From positions 288,013-352,012 of IMG/VR virus record IMGVR_UViG_3300046787_000200: DNA of 64,000 nucleotides. One strand, written 5' to 3'. Every line of letters begins with the position of its first letter. Position 1 is the first letter of the stretch. Both the position numbers and the translations under genes were made by a program. Shown in pieces: positions 33,592-42,656 of this stretch. Under the pieces are notes generated by a model. That model was not told where the DNA came from. It saw only the letters and a list, made by a program, of their open reading frames with translations, and made no database searches.

Positions 33592-34295
33592 TTAACGCTC
33601 AGTAGTTTATGGAAGTATCCTCCCCAATCAGCCCAATGTCTGAATGAAGGGTTTGCTGGTTGTTCGTGGTGGTTTTTGTGCCAACCTTCTCCGCCTATTA
33701 ATACACCAAGTAGTGTTACATTGAGTGGACCATCTTTGCTATGACAAAAAACATTAATCATACTTCCACCAAACCACATTAGTACACCGGGTACTACTAA
33801 CAAAATCCAATATAATTGTAATGGTAGTAAAACTAAACACAACACATGCAACGACCATAATACTGTAAAATAATGTGTATGTTGAAATATATACCATGGC
33901 TTTCTCAATAAGTCAGGAACATATTTTACAATATCTTTATCATTGTCTGATAATTGCCAATATGCTTTCCATCTTCCCATAAACTTTGGACTATGCGGAT
34001 CTTTTTCTGTGTCGCTAAATCTATGATGCTTTCTATGTACTCCCGCCCAAGCTAGAGCAGAACTAGTAGCACCCAACCATGACAATAATAATAGAATTTT
34101 TTCTGCTATAGGATTGATATCATTCTTGTGTGCAACTGTTCTATGAAATAACATAGTTCCGCATAACCCTACATATACTATCTGTGATAGAATAATTGTA
34201 GGTATAGATATGTACCAAGGCGTTAGTATTAAACCTACAATAAAGGCAATATGCATGTAAATTTGAGTGAGTAATAACTTTTGTTTGTATGTCAT
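33588..34295 (-). CDS. Membrane fatty-acid (delta-9-type) desaturase
   Basis: His boxes HRTVAH, HRKHH.FSD...DPHSP and GEGWHKNHH; TM helices. Confidence 0.9.
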   Translation of the reverse strand: MTYKQKLLLTQIYMHIAFIVGLILTPWYISIPTIILSQIVYVGLCGTMLFHRTVAHKNDINPIAEKILLLLSWLGATSSALAWAGVHRKHHRFSDTEKDPHSPKFMGRWKAYWQLSDNDKDIVKYVPDLLRKPWYIFQHTHYFTVLWSLHVLCLVLLPLQLYWILLVVPGVLMWFGGSMINVFCHSKDGPLNVTLLGVLIGGEGWHKNHHEQPANPSFRHWADWGGYFHKLLSVK

Positions 34296-34307
34296 AACGT
34301 TATTTAG

Positions 34308-34838
34308 TCATAGCTTCATTGTTAATAGCCATTGTTTAACTCCATTAAACAATATAGGCTCAGTAGATGCAACAAAAGTATGATTGGGGAATGCTCTGGG
34401 TAATAGATATCTTTGATTTAAATCAAAGAGTTTATAATTATAATCATTAAATGATATAATTACACTGTGACAATTTAATTCTCTTGCTCGTTCTATTTGA
34501 AATTTAGTATTATATGCATGTGTATATGATTTTACACCCAATCCTTTATGTCTATGGTCTGCATATGAGAAACCGCGGAACACAGCCTGATATACTTTGT
34601 TACCTTCAAACTCTCTGACAATTCCTCCGGTAGCTGTCCAAAACTTATCATTCACATATAACAATTGATATGTGTCTAGCATATCGTCATTAATTAAATT
34701 CAATAAACTCCATGGATGCGTTGTACCATAGTTTTCAGGTAATTCATTGCCAAACTTTTCGGTCAATGCTATCTTTAACTTTTCAACAAACTCACTTTTA
34801 TTTTCTTTAGTGAGGGTGATCATTTCTACTTTGTCCAT
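34308..34838 (-). CDS. Hypothetical protein, possible GNAT-like
   Basis: Coupled ORF within the enzyme cluster. Confidence 0.55.
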   Translation of the reverse strand: MDKVEMITLTKENKSEFVEKLKIALTEKFGNELPENYGTTHPWSLLNLINDDMLDTYQLLYVNDKFWTATGGIVREFEGNKVYQAVFRGFSYADHRHKGLGVKSYTHAYNTKFQIERARELNCHSVIISFNDYNYKLFDLNQRYLLPRAFPNHTFVASTEPILFNGVKQWLLTMKL

Positions 34839-35695
34839 GCTAATCTTTCTATAAGTTCAAAATATTCATAGTTACTTGACCCCCACCATTTATCTTTCCA
34901 ACTATTTACTAGTTGAATGTCAGGATGGTTAAAAATAGGACTTTGTTCTACAATCTCGTAGCCATGTTTTTTAACACGTTGTTCTAACTTAAAGTGATTT
35001 TGATTATTATACACATGTACTTTACTTGAATAAGAGCCTGTCTTACCTGGTATCTGATTGTTTGCTAATTGTTGCATTGTAGGATCTGTAAGAAATGCAA
35101 AGTATTGTTCAGATGTATAGCTTAAAAAGAACGGAGTTCCATGTATATTATTTTTCTTAAAGAATTCAAACTGTGTATAGACTGGTTCTATTTCATCTAC
35201 ATACCATTTAGAATCAGTGTGTAGAAACATATGAGGATTTGAATCTCCGGTAATTACAGTACCATCAATCTGTGTAGTGAGCCATAAATTACTAGGTATC
35301 TGATATGCGGCTATTTGATAGTCAGTTGCAATTTTTAAAAAATCACCTGACTCAACAAACTTGTCATAATCTAAATCAATAATTACAGGAGTAATACTAT
35401 TTTCTTCACAGTATTTAAATGCATATTGAATCTCGTGGTGATTGTATTGGGTGCGCATAATCACTGGTGTAATTGGCATACCTAATGTTTTAAATACAGC
35501 TAGAACATACTCACTGTCAAGCCCACCGCTATAGCACAAAAAAACATTACCTTGCTTTTGTGCCCATATCATTTCTGCTACGTTGACTGTTTCTTCAAAG
35601 TATGATTTAATGGACCCACTTGGATTAGTTATTTCAACATTCCAAGTAGGTCCATTACCACTAGTACGTATATAATTATTATATAGTAATGACAT
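34826..35695 (-). CDS. PP-loop family protein
   Basis: LCYSGGLDSE; paralogue of 3300..4187. Confidence 0.7.
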   Translation of the reverse strand: MSLLYNNYIRTSGNGPTWNVEITNPSGSIKSYFEETVNVAEMIWAQKQGNVFLCYSGGLDSEYVLAVFKTLGMPITPVIMRTQYNHHEIQYAFKYCEENSITPVIIDLDYDKFVESGDFLKIATDYQIAAYQIPSNLWLTTQIDGTVITGDSNPHMFLHTDSKWYVDEIEPVYTQFEFFKKNNIHGTPFFLSYTSEQYFAFLTDPTMQQLANNQIPGKTGSYSSKVHVYNNQNHFKLEQRVKKHGYEIVEQSPIFNHPDIQLVNSWKDKWWGSSNYEYFELIERLAWTK

Positions 35696-36234
35696 TAAAT
35701 TGATATTTTACCAATTGCATTAACAACAGCCGCAATACGACCAATTGCCATCAACTCTTGTGTAGTCATTCCTTCTTTCTTTAATGTATCATAGTGTGCT
35801 TTAACACAGAAATGACACTTACCGATAATACTTGCGGCTAGTGAGTACATTTCAAATTTCTTCTTCGAAACACCACCGTGCGTAGCATAAGCATTCATGC
35901 GCAAACCAGCTGGTAAACCCTTCATGCCTTCGTCACCTGCCATCTCTGTAAATGGATACCAGATGTTGTTTTGACCCATCAAACTTGCCGCAGTCTTTGC
36001 GGCTTCACGTTCTGCTTCAGCAGTAAACAAAGGACTGTTGTGCTCAATCTCAAATGCTAGACCACCATTGCCTGCGGCAAGTGCTGATACATAAGCGATA
36101 GCATGTGTATCAACTGGATCTAGTCCACTACGATTAATAACTGCATCAATGTTTAACTTGATATCTTTAGAGTGATCCGGAATGCTATCTTTTACAGATT
36201 GTACCCAATCACCATTAATAGTGATTGGTTGCAT
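35695..36234 (-). CDS. ahpD: Alkyl hydroperoxide reductase AhpD (likely start MQPIT)
   Basis: PD.SKDIKLN, AASLM..NNIWY, LRMN, GKCHFCVKAH; TAATG overlap with ahpC. Confidence 0.9.
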   Translation of the reverse strand: MQPITINGDWVQSVKDSIPDHSKDIKLNIDAVINRSGLDPVDTHAIAYVSALAAGNGGLAFEIEHNSPLFTAEAEREAAKTAASLMGQNNIWYPFTEMAGDEGMKGLPAGLRMNAYATHGGVSKKKFEMYSLAASIIGKCHFCVKAHYDTLKKEGMTTQELMAIGRIAAVVNAIGKISI

Positions 36235-36779
36235 TATAGTGTTTCTCCACCGATTGGGCGTGAGCATGGGCATAGTTCTCCAGTTTGCAATGCGTCTAAG
36301 ATACGCAATGTTTCATCTGGGTTACGTCCAACATCCAGGTTGTTTACTGTAACGTGTTGAATAACGTTCTCTGGATCAACGATGAATGTTGCACGTAGTG
36401 CCGCACCTGCTGGACCATAGAAAATACCTAGTTGCTCTGCTAAACTATTCTCATCACGTGCTACATCAGCGAATGACCAAGATGTAGTTTTCTTCAAATC
36501 TTCATGTGCATTACGCCATGCTAGTTTACAGAATTCATTATCAGTAGAACCAATCAATAATACTGCGTCACGGTCTGTAAAGTCTTTATTCAACTTGTCA
36601 TACGCTACGATTTCTGTAGGGCATACAAATGTGAAGTCTTTTGGATAGTATACAATAACTTTCCATTTACCTTCGAAACTCTTATCTGTGATAGTCTCAA
36701 ACGCGCCATCTGGTGTGAGTGCACCTGGCTTAACGCCTGTTACTGCAAAACTTGTGATTTTATCGCCGATTGTTTTCAT
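36234..36779 (-). CDS. ahpC: Peroxiredoxin AhpC
   Basis: YPKDFTFVCPTEI, RATFIVDP, GRN.DE.LR.LDALQ...LCPC. Confidence 0.95.
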   Translation of the reverse strand: MKTIGDKITSFAVTGVKPGALTPDGAFETITDKSFEGKWKVIVYYPKDFTFVCPTEIVAYDKLNKDFTDRDAVLLIGSTDNEFCKLAWRNAHEDLKKTTSWSFADVARDENSLAEQLGIFYGPAGAALRATFIVDPENVIQHVTVNNLDVGRNPDETLRILDALQTGELCPCSRPIGGETL

Positions 36780-36795
36780 TTTAATTTCCTTTGTG

Positions 36796-37161
36796 TTAAT
36801 GTTTCTGTGACTTACAGTTGGGGCAAATTAAGAATAGATTGTCTTCTTTATTGTTATAACTATCACCATCAACGTAAGATACATCTAATGGAATCTTTTC
36901 TCCATTGTGCTGTGTGTTATCACATACTTCACAACGATGACCACGCTGATTAATCAAGTACTGTTTGATCCAATCAGGAATCTTAGCCCAGGCTTGCGGC
37001 TCTTTGGCTTCTTTCCATTTCTGAACATTCTCAAACGCTTTGTTACGGCGCTGGTGTTCTTGTTGGCAACTATTATTACAGTACTTGTTAGTGTAAGAAT
37101 GACCCTTGATAGGGTTAACCTTTCCACAATTCAAACAAGTAAAACAACCTAAACTCAACAT
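36796..37161 (-). CDS. Zn-binding HNH-fold protein with degenerate active site
   Basis: CLNC..YCN.SC, CEVC, PLDVSYVDGD..NN...NL..ICPNC. Confidence 0.6.
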   Translation of the reverse strand: MLSLGCFTCLNCGKVNPIKGHSYTNKYCNNSCQQEHQRRNKAFENVQKWKEAKEPQAWAKIPDWIKQYLINQRGHRCEVCDNTQHNGEKIPLDVSYVDGDSYNNKEDNLFLICPNCKSQKH

Positions 37162-37269
37162 ACATCCTTAATCATAGAGCATTTTAGTAGAGCACTATGT
37201 ACTTTTATTTAGTGGTCTACAGAGACAATTATATACTACTATTTTGAAAATAGTAGTATAATGGGTAAA

Positions 37270-37569
37270 TTACTCGTCTGATTGTATTAGACCGTTACTA
37301 TGTTTATCAGTAACTTTTTCTACATCCTGATACATACGTTTCTCTTGTGCCGTGCGTTCTTTAAATATCTTTCGAGGATTACCGCATAACATACACCCTG
37401 GTTGTCCGCAGTCCATGGCATGATGTTTAGCCATACGATGAGGTTCTTTTATAGCTTTATCATGGAATCCTAGACCATGCGATTTAGCAATACGAACTTG
37501 TCTTGCGATTGCTACATCGTTTTTATGACGACGGCGACTATTTAAATATTTTGCTGTTTCGTTACTCAT
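37270..37569 (-). CDS. Basic hypothetical protein with a C..PGC.LCGNPR motif
   Basis: ORF track; Cys/His cluster. Confidence 0.65.
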   Translation of the reverse strand: MSNETAKYLNSRRRHKNDVAIARQVRIAKSHGLGFHDKAIKEPHRMAKHHAMDCGQPGCMLCGNPRKIFKERTAQEKRMYQDVEKVTDKHSNGLIQSDE

Positions 37570-37584
37570 AATTTAATTACCAGT

Positions 37585-38235
37585 TTAAGTTATTTCTGAC
37601 TTCTCAAATGTTTCTATGCACTTATTTGTAGCATTTCTCCATTTTATTAAGTCATCGACTGAAAATTTAATTGTATCTATGTGTGTGAATTTACTTATTT
37701 TAAGTATCAATTCTTCAGGATCACCTTTATATAATTCTTTCCAAGAAATGAACAATACATTAGGCATATCTAATTTATTAAATTTACGCAACCATCTATG
37801 AACATGTAATCGACTTGAACTAATTGTGTTGTGAATTACATTTTCTTTTTTACTATCATCAGTGAACCGTTTACCAAAATAAACATATGTTAATTCTTCC
37901 GTGTCACTTAAATCATATGTGATTCGTATAGATTTTTTAAAATACGTATTCACTAAATTTATATCAGATATATGTGCAAGTGTGTAATAGGGTTTAACTG
38001 ATCCGGGGTTTGGTGGTGTATTTAATAGATATTCAATCTTATTGATATCAGATTCTGCTGTACCCAATGATGAACCGTTTATATCCTTTAAACCCAAGTG
38101 TGCGTTTCCGTTCTCACTTAATCTTAACGGAATATTATATTTTCTAGTTGCACTTACAATAAAATGACACAAAAAATTACCACCAGTGCCACTGGCATAT
38201 GTGATAGGTATTATATTTTCGTTAGGGGTTAACAT
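37585..38235 (-). CDS. Sulfotransferase-like protein
   Basis: IIPITYASGTGGNFLC; close paralogue of 38613..39275. Confidence 0.55.
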   Translation of the reverse strand: MLTPNENIIPITYASGTGGNFLCHFIVSATRKYNIPLRLSENGNAHLGLKDINGSSLGTAESDINKIEYLLNTPPNPGSVKPYYTLAHISDINLVNTYFKKSIRITYDLSDTEELTYVYFGKRFTDDSKKENVIHNTISSSRLHVHRWLRKFNKLDMPNVLFISWKELYKGDPEELILKISKFTHIDTIKFSVDDLIKWRNATNKCIETFEKSEIT

Positions 38236-38609
38236 TTTGAACGATAATCGTTTACCGCGGCTTTGATGGCGTCTTCGGCAAGGATTGAGCAGTGGATCTT
38301 GACTGGGGGGAGTGCAAGTTCTTCTGCGATTGTAGAGTTTTTGAGTTCGGCAGCTTCATCCAATGTCTTACCTTTGACCCACTCAGTGACAAGACTTGAG
38401 CTAGCAATAGCCGACCCGCACCCATACGTTTTAAATTTGGCATCTGTGATTACCCCTGTTAGTTTATCTACTTTAATTTGTAGTTTCATTACATCCCCAC
38501 ACGCCGGGGCTCCGACCATACCTGTACCTACATCATTATCGTCTTTTGCAAAACTCCCGACGTTTCGAGGGTTTTCATAATGATCAACAACTTGTGCGCT
38601 ATAAGCCAT
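38229..38609 (-). CDS. iscU: Fe-S cluster scaffold IscU
   Basis: DHYENPRNVG, GAPACGDVM, FKTYGCGSAIASSS, LPPVKIHCS. Confidence 0.97.
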   Translation of the reverse strand: MAYSAQVVDHYENPRNVGSFAKDDNDVGTGMVGAPACGDVMKLQIKVDKLTGVITDAKFKTYGCGSAIASSSLVTEWVKGKTLDEAAELKNSTIAEELALPPVKIHCSILAEDAIKAAVNDYRSKC

Positions 38610-38612
38610 GTT

Positions 38613-39275
38613 TTAGTCTCCTTTGTTATATTTATACAGTACTGATTGTTGTATTTGTTTAATACAATTACTAGTACGTTCTCTCCAGTGTATTATATTA
38701 CTAATATTAAATTTATCAACATCAATTGATGTAAATTTACTTATTTTATCTAATAACAATGTAATATCATCTTTGTACAAATCATCCCATGAAATATATA
38801 GTACATTAGTTACGTCTTGGTTTGTGAATTGCTGTTGATATTTATATAAATTGTTAATTGTCATTGTGTATAACACAGACATATTTTTTATATATTGTTT
38901 TTCATCTACAAAGAACTTTCCTACATATGTATATCCTATTTCAGGAATATTCTCTGTACTGTAGATGATCCTTATAGACTTATGAAAATAGGTGTTCACT
39001 AAATTCAAATCAACTATATGAGATGATGTATAGTAGGGAATGATGTTCGAATTAATCGGGGCTTCAATAATTGAATTTATTTTATGTTGATCAATATATT
39101 CTATTGAATGAGCCGGTGTAGCTATATCTTTTATAGCATTAGAATGCATGTTTCCATGTTCACTTAATTGAAATGAAGATTGATTATTGTTCTTCGCCGC
39201 AACAATAAAACTACATAAAAAATTACCACCTGTACCACTCATAAAAGTGATTGGGATAATTGAATTATTCTTCAT
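38613..39275 (-). CDS. Sulfotransferase-like protein
   Basis: IIPITFMSGTGGNFLC; paralogue of 37585..38235. Confidence 0.55.
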   Translation of the reverse strand: MKNNSIIPITFMSGTGGNFLCSFIVAAKNNNQSSFQLSEHGNMHSNAIKDIATPAHSIEYIDQHKINSIIEAPINSNIIPYYTSSHIVDLNLVNTYFHKSIRIIYSTENIPEIGYTYVGKFFVDEKQYIKNMSVLYTMTINNLYKYQQQFTNQDVTNVLYISWDDLYKDDITLLLDKISKFTSIDVDKFNISNIIHWRERTSNCIKQIQQSVLYKYNKGD

Positions 39276-39819
39276 AGTCTACTACTATCCAACCTAGCTT
39301 CAATAAATCTTCTCGGATTTCATCAGTTACTACACTTTCCGAGACAAACTTCTTACCTTGTATATAATATTCTTGCTGTTCTTTAGTTAATTGTTGAAAT
39401 TGGTCGTCATCTAATTCTTTACTATCTCTTATGCCACTACAGTACCAATCAATATAATCACCTTTACCTTGCATATCAGCAATAATACCACCTGCGTGGC
39501 GCCAACTACAACTCCACTTTTTCTCAGTTAGAATAGGAATAACATCATTCTTGGTGAAGTCGTTGTTACACATAGCGGCATATAGATTCTGTGCATATGC
39601 ATCATCTTTGGCTTTATCAATAATCCACTGAGTGGAACGAAGGTCATACTCCATGTTATCTCGTTGCCATTCAGGATTTACAATGTTTTCTTCATCCCGT
39701 TGTTTCGCAGACTTATAAAGATTTAGATAATCTTCATTAGGCTCTTTGCCTTCTTCTTCACATCGTTTGACATACATCTCAGCTTGAAAAGTATGTCGTT
39801 CTGGACTTTTACTTATCAT
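39265..39819 (-). CDS. Conserved hypothetical phage protein (YAQNLYAAMCNN...WSCSWR...DWYCSG)
   Basis: Coupled ORF. Confidence 0.7.
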   Translation of the reverse strand: MISKSPERHTFQAEMYVKRCEEEGKEPNEDYLNLYKSAKQRDEENIVNPEWQRDNMEYDLRSTQWIIDKAKDDAYAQNLYAAMCNNDFTKNDVIPILTEKKWSCSWRHAGGIIADMQGKGDYIDWYCSGIRDSKELDDDQFQQLTKEQQEYYIQGKKFVSESVVTDEIREDLLKLGWIVVDYEE

Positions 39820-40285
39820 CTTCTACCTCTATCCAAGTGTGATCACCTAACCATTTAACTTTGCAAATATATTCGTATTCTTCTGGCTTACCGGTAGACC
39901 AATCAGTTGGTCCATTGATACTTAATCTAGTAAACTGTTTTCTATGGTCATACAACAACCAATATGTATTACCATTTGCTAACTGAAAGTTATATACTGC
40001 TCCGTGAACCATATCAGTCAAGTCTAATCTATGTTTGATTTGTTCTGCTTGTTTCTGTAAAACAGTTACTAGTTCCATAATTCTATCATATTCTTGTTTA
40101 GCATGTAATCTAGCTACATTAAGCATAATGTCTTTATGCTTTTCAACAGGAACTAAATCAAATTTAGGCCCACTACTTTCTGTAGCGTAAGGAGTTACAT
40201 TGCGATTGAAGAAATGAATTAGAGAACCAGTACCAGTAGAATCATAACTACTGACACCGTTCGCTGAATTTGGTTTATCTGTCAT
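39809..40285 (-). CDS. Conserved hypothetical protein (DUF2452-like)
   Basis: PY.T....PK, coiled coil, A.YNF....G..Y.LY, SI..P.DW, D.TW. Confidence 0.55.
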   Translation of the reverse strand: MTDKPNSANGVSSYDSTGTGSLIHFFNRNVTPYATESSGPKFDLVPVEKHKDIMLNVARLHAKQEYDRIMELVTVLQKQAEQIKHRLDLTDMVHGAVYNFQLANGNTYWLLYDHRKQFTRLSINGPTDWSTGKPEEYEYICKVKWLGDHTWIEVEDDK

Positions 40286-40291
40286 TAGATA

Positions 40292-40885
40292 TTATATCTT
40301 ATTTTCATTTTTAGCAACAATCTTTTGGGTAGATTTTTTCTGTTTACTATAAAAAATATGATTACCAATCTTAGCTACTTGTTTATAAGGCCATAATGGA
40401 TCTACTTGCAAGTTATGGAAGAACAATGCTGATTTTGGTACAACTTCACTGTATGCATCATTAGCCATAACATCATATGCCACTTGATATGCTTGTTTAT
40501 AGCGTTGACTATTTTTATTGGGTTCACCTTTGCCCTCACACACCCAACTAAACTGACAAAGTTTTACTTTAACTATTTCGTCATCTATTACTCTATCTAC
40601 GGTGTGTGCTTGATATACAACCGCGCACGGATTGTGGGCGAAGCCATGGCTTACTCTATTCAATACCACACGTGCTACTGCTGCCTGCCCCATAATAGAT
40701 TCGTGACCAGCTTCATAAAATATATTTTTTGCTATACAAGCAAGTTGTTTTGGATCTACTACTTTAGCTACAACCTTTTCTTCCGGTTCATCTTCAACAG
40801 AAAGCATATCTATCGGGTTATATGTTATACCTGCAATTACCAATATAACAAAGGCAATTATAGGTTTGATAAATCTTAAGTTCAT
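40292..40885 (-). CDS. SleB-like cell wall hydrolase (Hydrolase_2)
   Basis: CIAKNIFYEAGHES..GQ.AVA.VVLNRV...CQFSW...IGNHIFY. Confidence 0.9.
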   Translation of the reverse strand: MNLRFIKPIIAFVILVIAGITYNPIDMLSVEDEPEEKVVAKVVDPKQLACIAKNIFYEAGHESIMGQAAVARVVLNRVSHGFAHNPCAVVYQAHTVDRVIDDEIVKVKLCQFSWVCEGKGEPNKNSQRYKQAYQVAYDVMANDAYSEVVPKSALFFHNLQVDPLWPYKQVAKIGNHIFYSKQKKSTQKIVAKNENKI

Positions 40886-40894
40886 ATTTTATCT

Positions 40895-42655
40895 TTAAGT
40901 TAAATCCCAGCAATCGCAGTTACAAAGAATTACTTGTTCAATAGATTCTGCGATTGTGTATGTAGACGGTAACAATGTATTTGATATGTAATATATGTTT
41001 AAGTTAGGTGGTGTAATATTCGAATATTGTGAACCACCAAATGATCCTATCACGTTTGAGTTACCAAAATCTACTACATCTCCGGTCGAACTTCCGCCGG
41101 CTGTACCGCTTTCTCCCGCAAATGACTCAGTTCCACCACCTGAAGTTCCACCACCGCCTGGATTGTTAGTAGAATAGTCTGGATTAGTTATTATTATATC
41201 ACCAGTTGCAGTATCATACGATGCAATTGGGATAACTCCTACTGGTATAGTTTGACTACCTACTGCTACAGATGTTCCTGCAAGAATAGATTGCTGTAGT
41301 GTTGTTAATGTATCTCTGATGTTATTGTCTAGTGTTACACCCATTTCAACTAGTCTATTTTGATTGCGACTTTCACGCATCATTGCGACAATACTTTGAC
41401 CTCCGGGAGTATTTAAATTACATATTGCTTCTAATGTTTGTGAATACATATGCGGCATAATGTTTTTAGCATACTGTGGAATAGAATCAGTAAATGTATA
41501 TTGTGAAGTAGGAAATAGTGATAAGAAATCTTCTCTAGTAATATCATCTAACGGAGGTCGTAAAGCACTAACTCTAGCTCGTTGTTCAATATTTAATTGA
41601 TATCCTGTTTCGTTCCATGAATCGTTTAAACTTTTACATTGAGCAGGCTTTGCAGCCAAGATAACATTGATTTCTTCATTAGCTTGGTCAATGTATAATT
41701 GTATAGGTGTATTCATACCTGGCCATTGTGCCGGGCCAGTAACTATAGTTCCTAGCGAGCCCGTACCGTACCCTAATGATACATTAGTCCCTGCCGTAGA
41801 GAAACTACCATCCGGCTGGACTGGTAAGTCATCCGGTGGAGGTAATTCAATGTAAATTATTTCTTCAGGTGGAGTAGGAGCCGCCGGCGGCCCAGCTTGC
41901 ATAACTGATGTTGTTGCATATTTGTATGGGCTACCAAAATTTGCACTTAACCCATTAACTCTACCAAAATCTCCCGGTATATTATTGTCATTTGTTCCTA
42001 TAGTGCAAGTTGCACTTGCACCTACATTATTTGGTTGAATAGTAATTACCGGAGGTGGGGCAGTACCTCTTCCATAACCGCCACCGGTAACGCCTACTGC
42101 AAAAGTTATTGTGTAATACCAATCATCAATTCTAGGTTGACCTGCAATAGGAGGAATAGCAGATGGATCCGGTGCAATATAAGGTTGTATCAACACATTA
42201 TATTTAGGTTGTGTTATACTCATTCTTGCACGTTGATATGTTACTGCAAGATAAGTCTCATGGTATATGTTGAATAACTTTCTAGTTGCTACTGCATTTA
42301 GTTGATTGTAAATGTTTATCAACGGACCGTTATAAGGTAAGCCGCTCATACAGCCAAAGAAGTCACTCATTGTATATGATTGTTGCGGGCCACTTCCTAA
42401 AGCAATTAATGGTCTTGCCGCAGTTCTTAAATCTAAATTTGTAGGTACAGTAGTTCCGTTAACCGGTAAACCTGCTATTGTTTCTAAGTTCATGCATACT
42501 TGTGCGAACTTTTCTACAGGTACATTAGTGATGTTTTTAACTTGGCCAACTGACGCTCCAAATGCGCCGGCTGCGGTCGCTATATCAGGTGGCAATATAC
42601 CATCTAAGTATGATCCAAATCCCGTAGCAAAATTTTGTATTGTTATATCTGCCAT
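40895..42655 (-). CDS. Putative virion (baseplate/tail) protein
   Basis: Pro/Gly/Thr-rich; adjacent to PAAR. Confidence 0.55.
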   Translation of the reverse strand: MADITIQNFATGFGSYLDGILPPDIATAAGAFGASVGQVKNITNVPVEKFAQVCMNLETIAGLPVNGTTVPTNLDLRTAARPLIALGSGPQQSYTMSDFFGCMSGLPYNGPLINIYNQLNAVATRKLFNIYHETYLAVTYQRARMSITQPKYNVLIQPYIAPDPSAIPPIAGQPRIDDWYYTITFAVGVTGGGYGRGTAPPPVITIQPNNVGASATCTIGTNDNNIPGDFGRVNGLSANFGSPYKYATTSVMQAGPPAAPTPPEEIIYIELPPPDDLPVQPDGSFSTAGTNVSLGYGTGSLGTIVTGPAQWPGMNTPIQLYIDQANEEINVILAAKPAQCKSLNDSWNETGYQLNIEQRARVSALRPPLDDITREDFLSLFPTSQYTFTDSIPQYAKNIMPHMYSQTLEAICNLNTPGGQSIVAMMRESRNQNRLVEMGVTLDNNIRDTLTTLQQSILAGTSVAVGSQTIPVGVIPIASYDTATGDIIITNPDYSTNNPGGGGTSGGGTESFAGESGTAGGSSTGDVVDFGNSNVIGSFGGSQYSNITPPNLNIYYISNTLLPSTYTIAESIEQVILCNCDCWDLT

Positions 42656-42656
42656 A

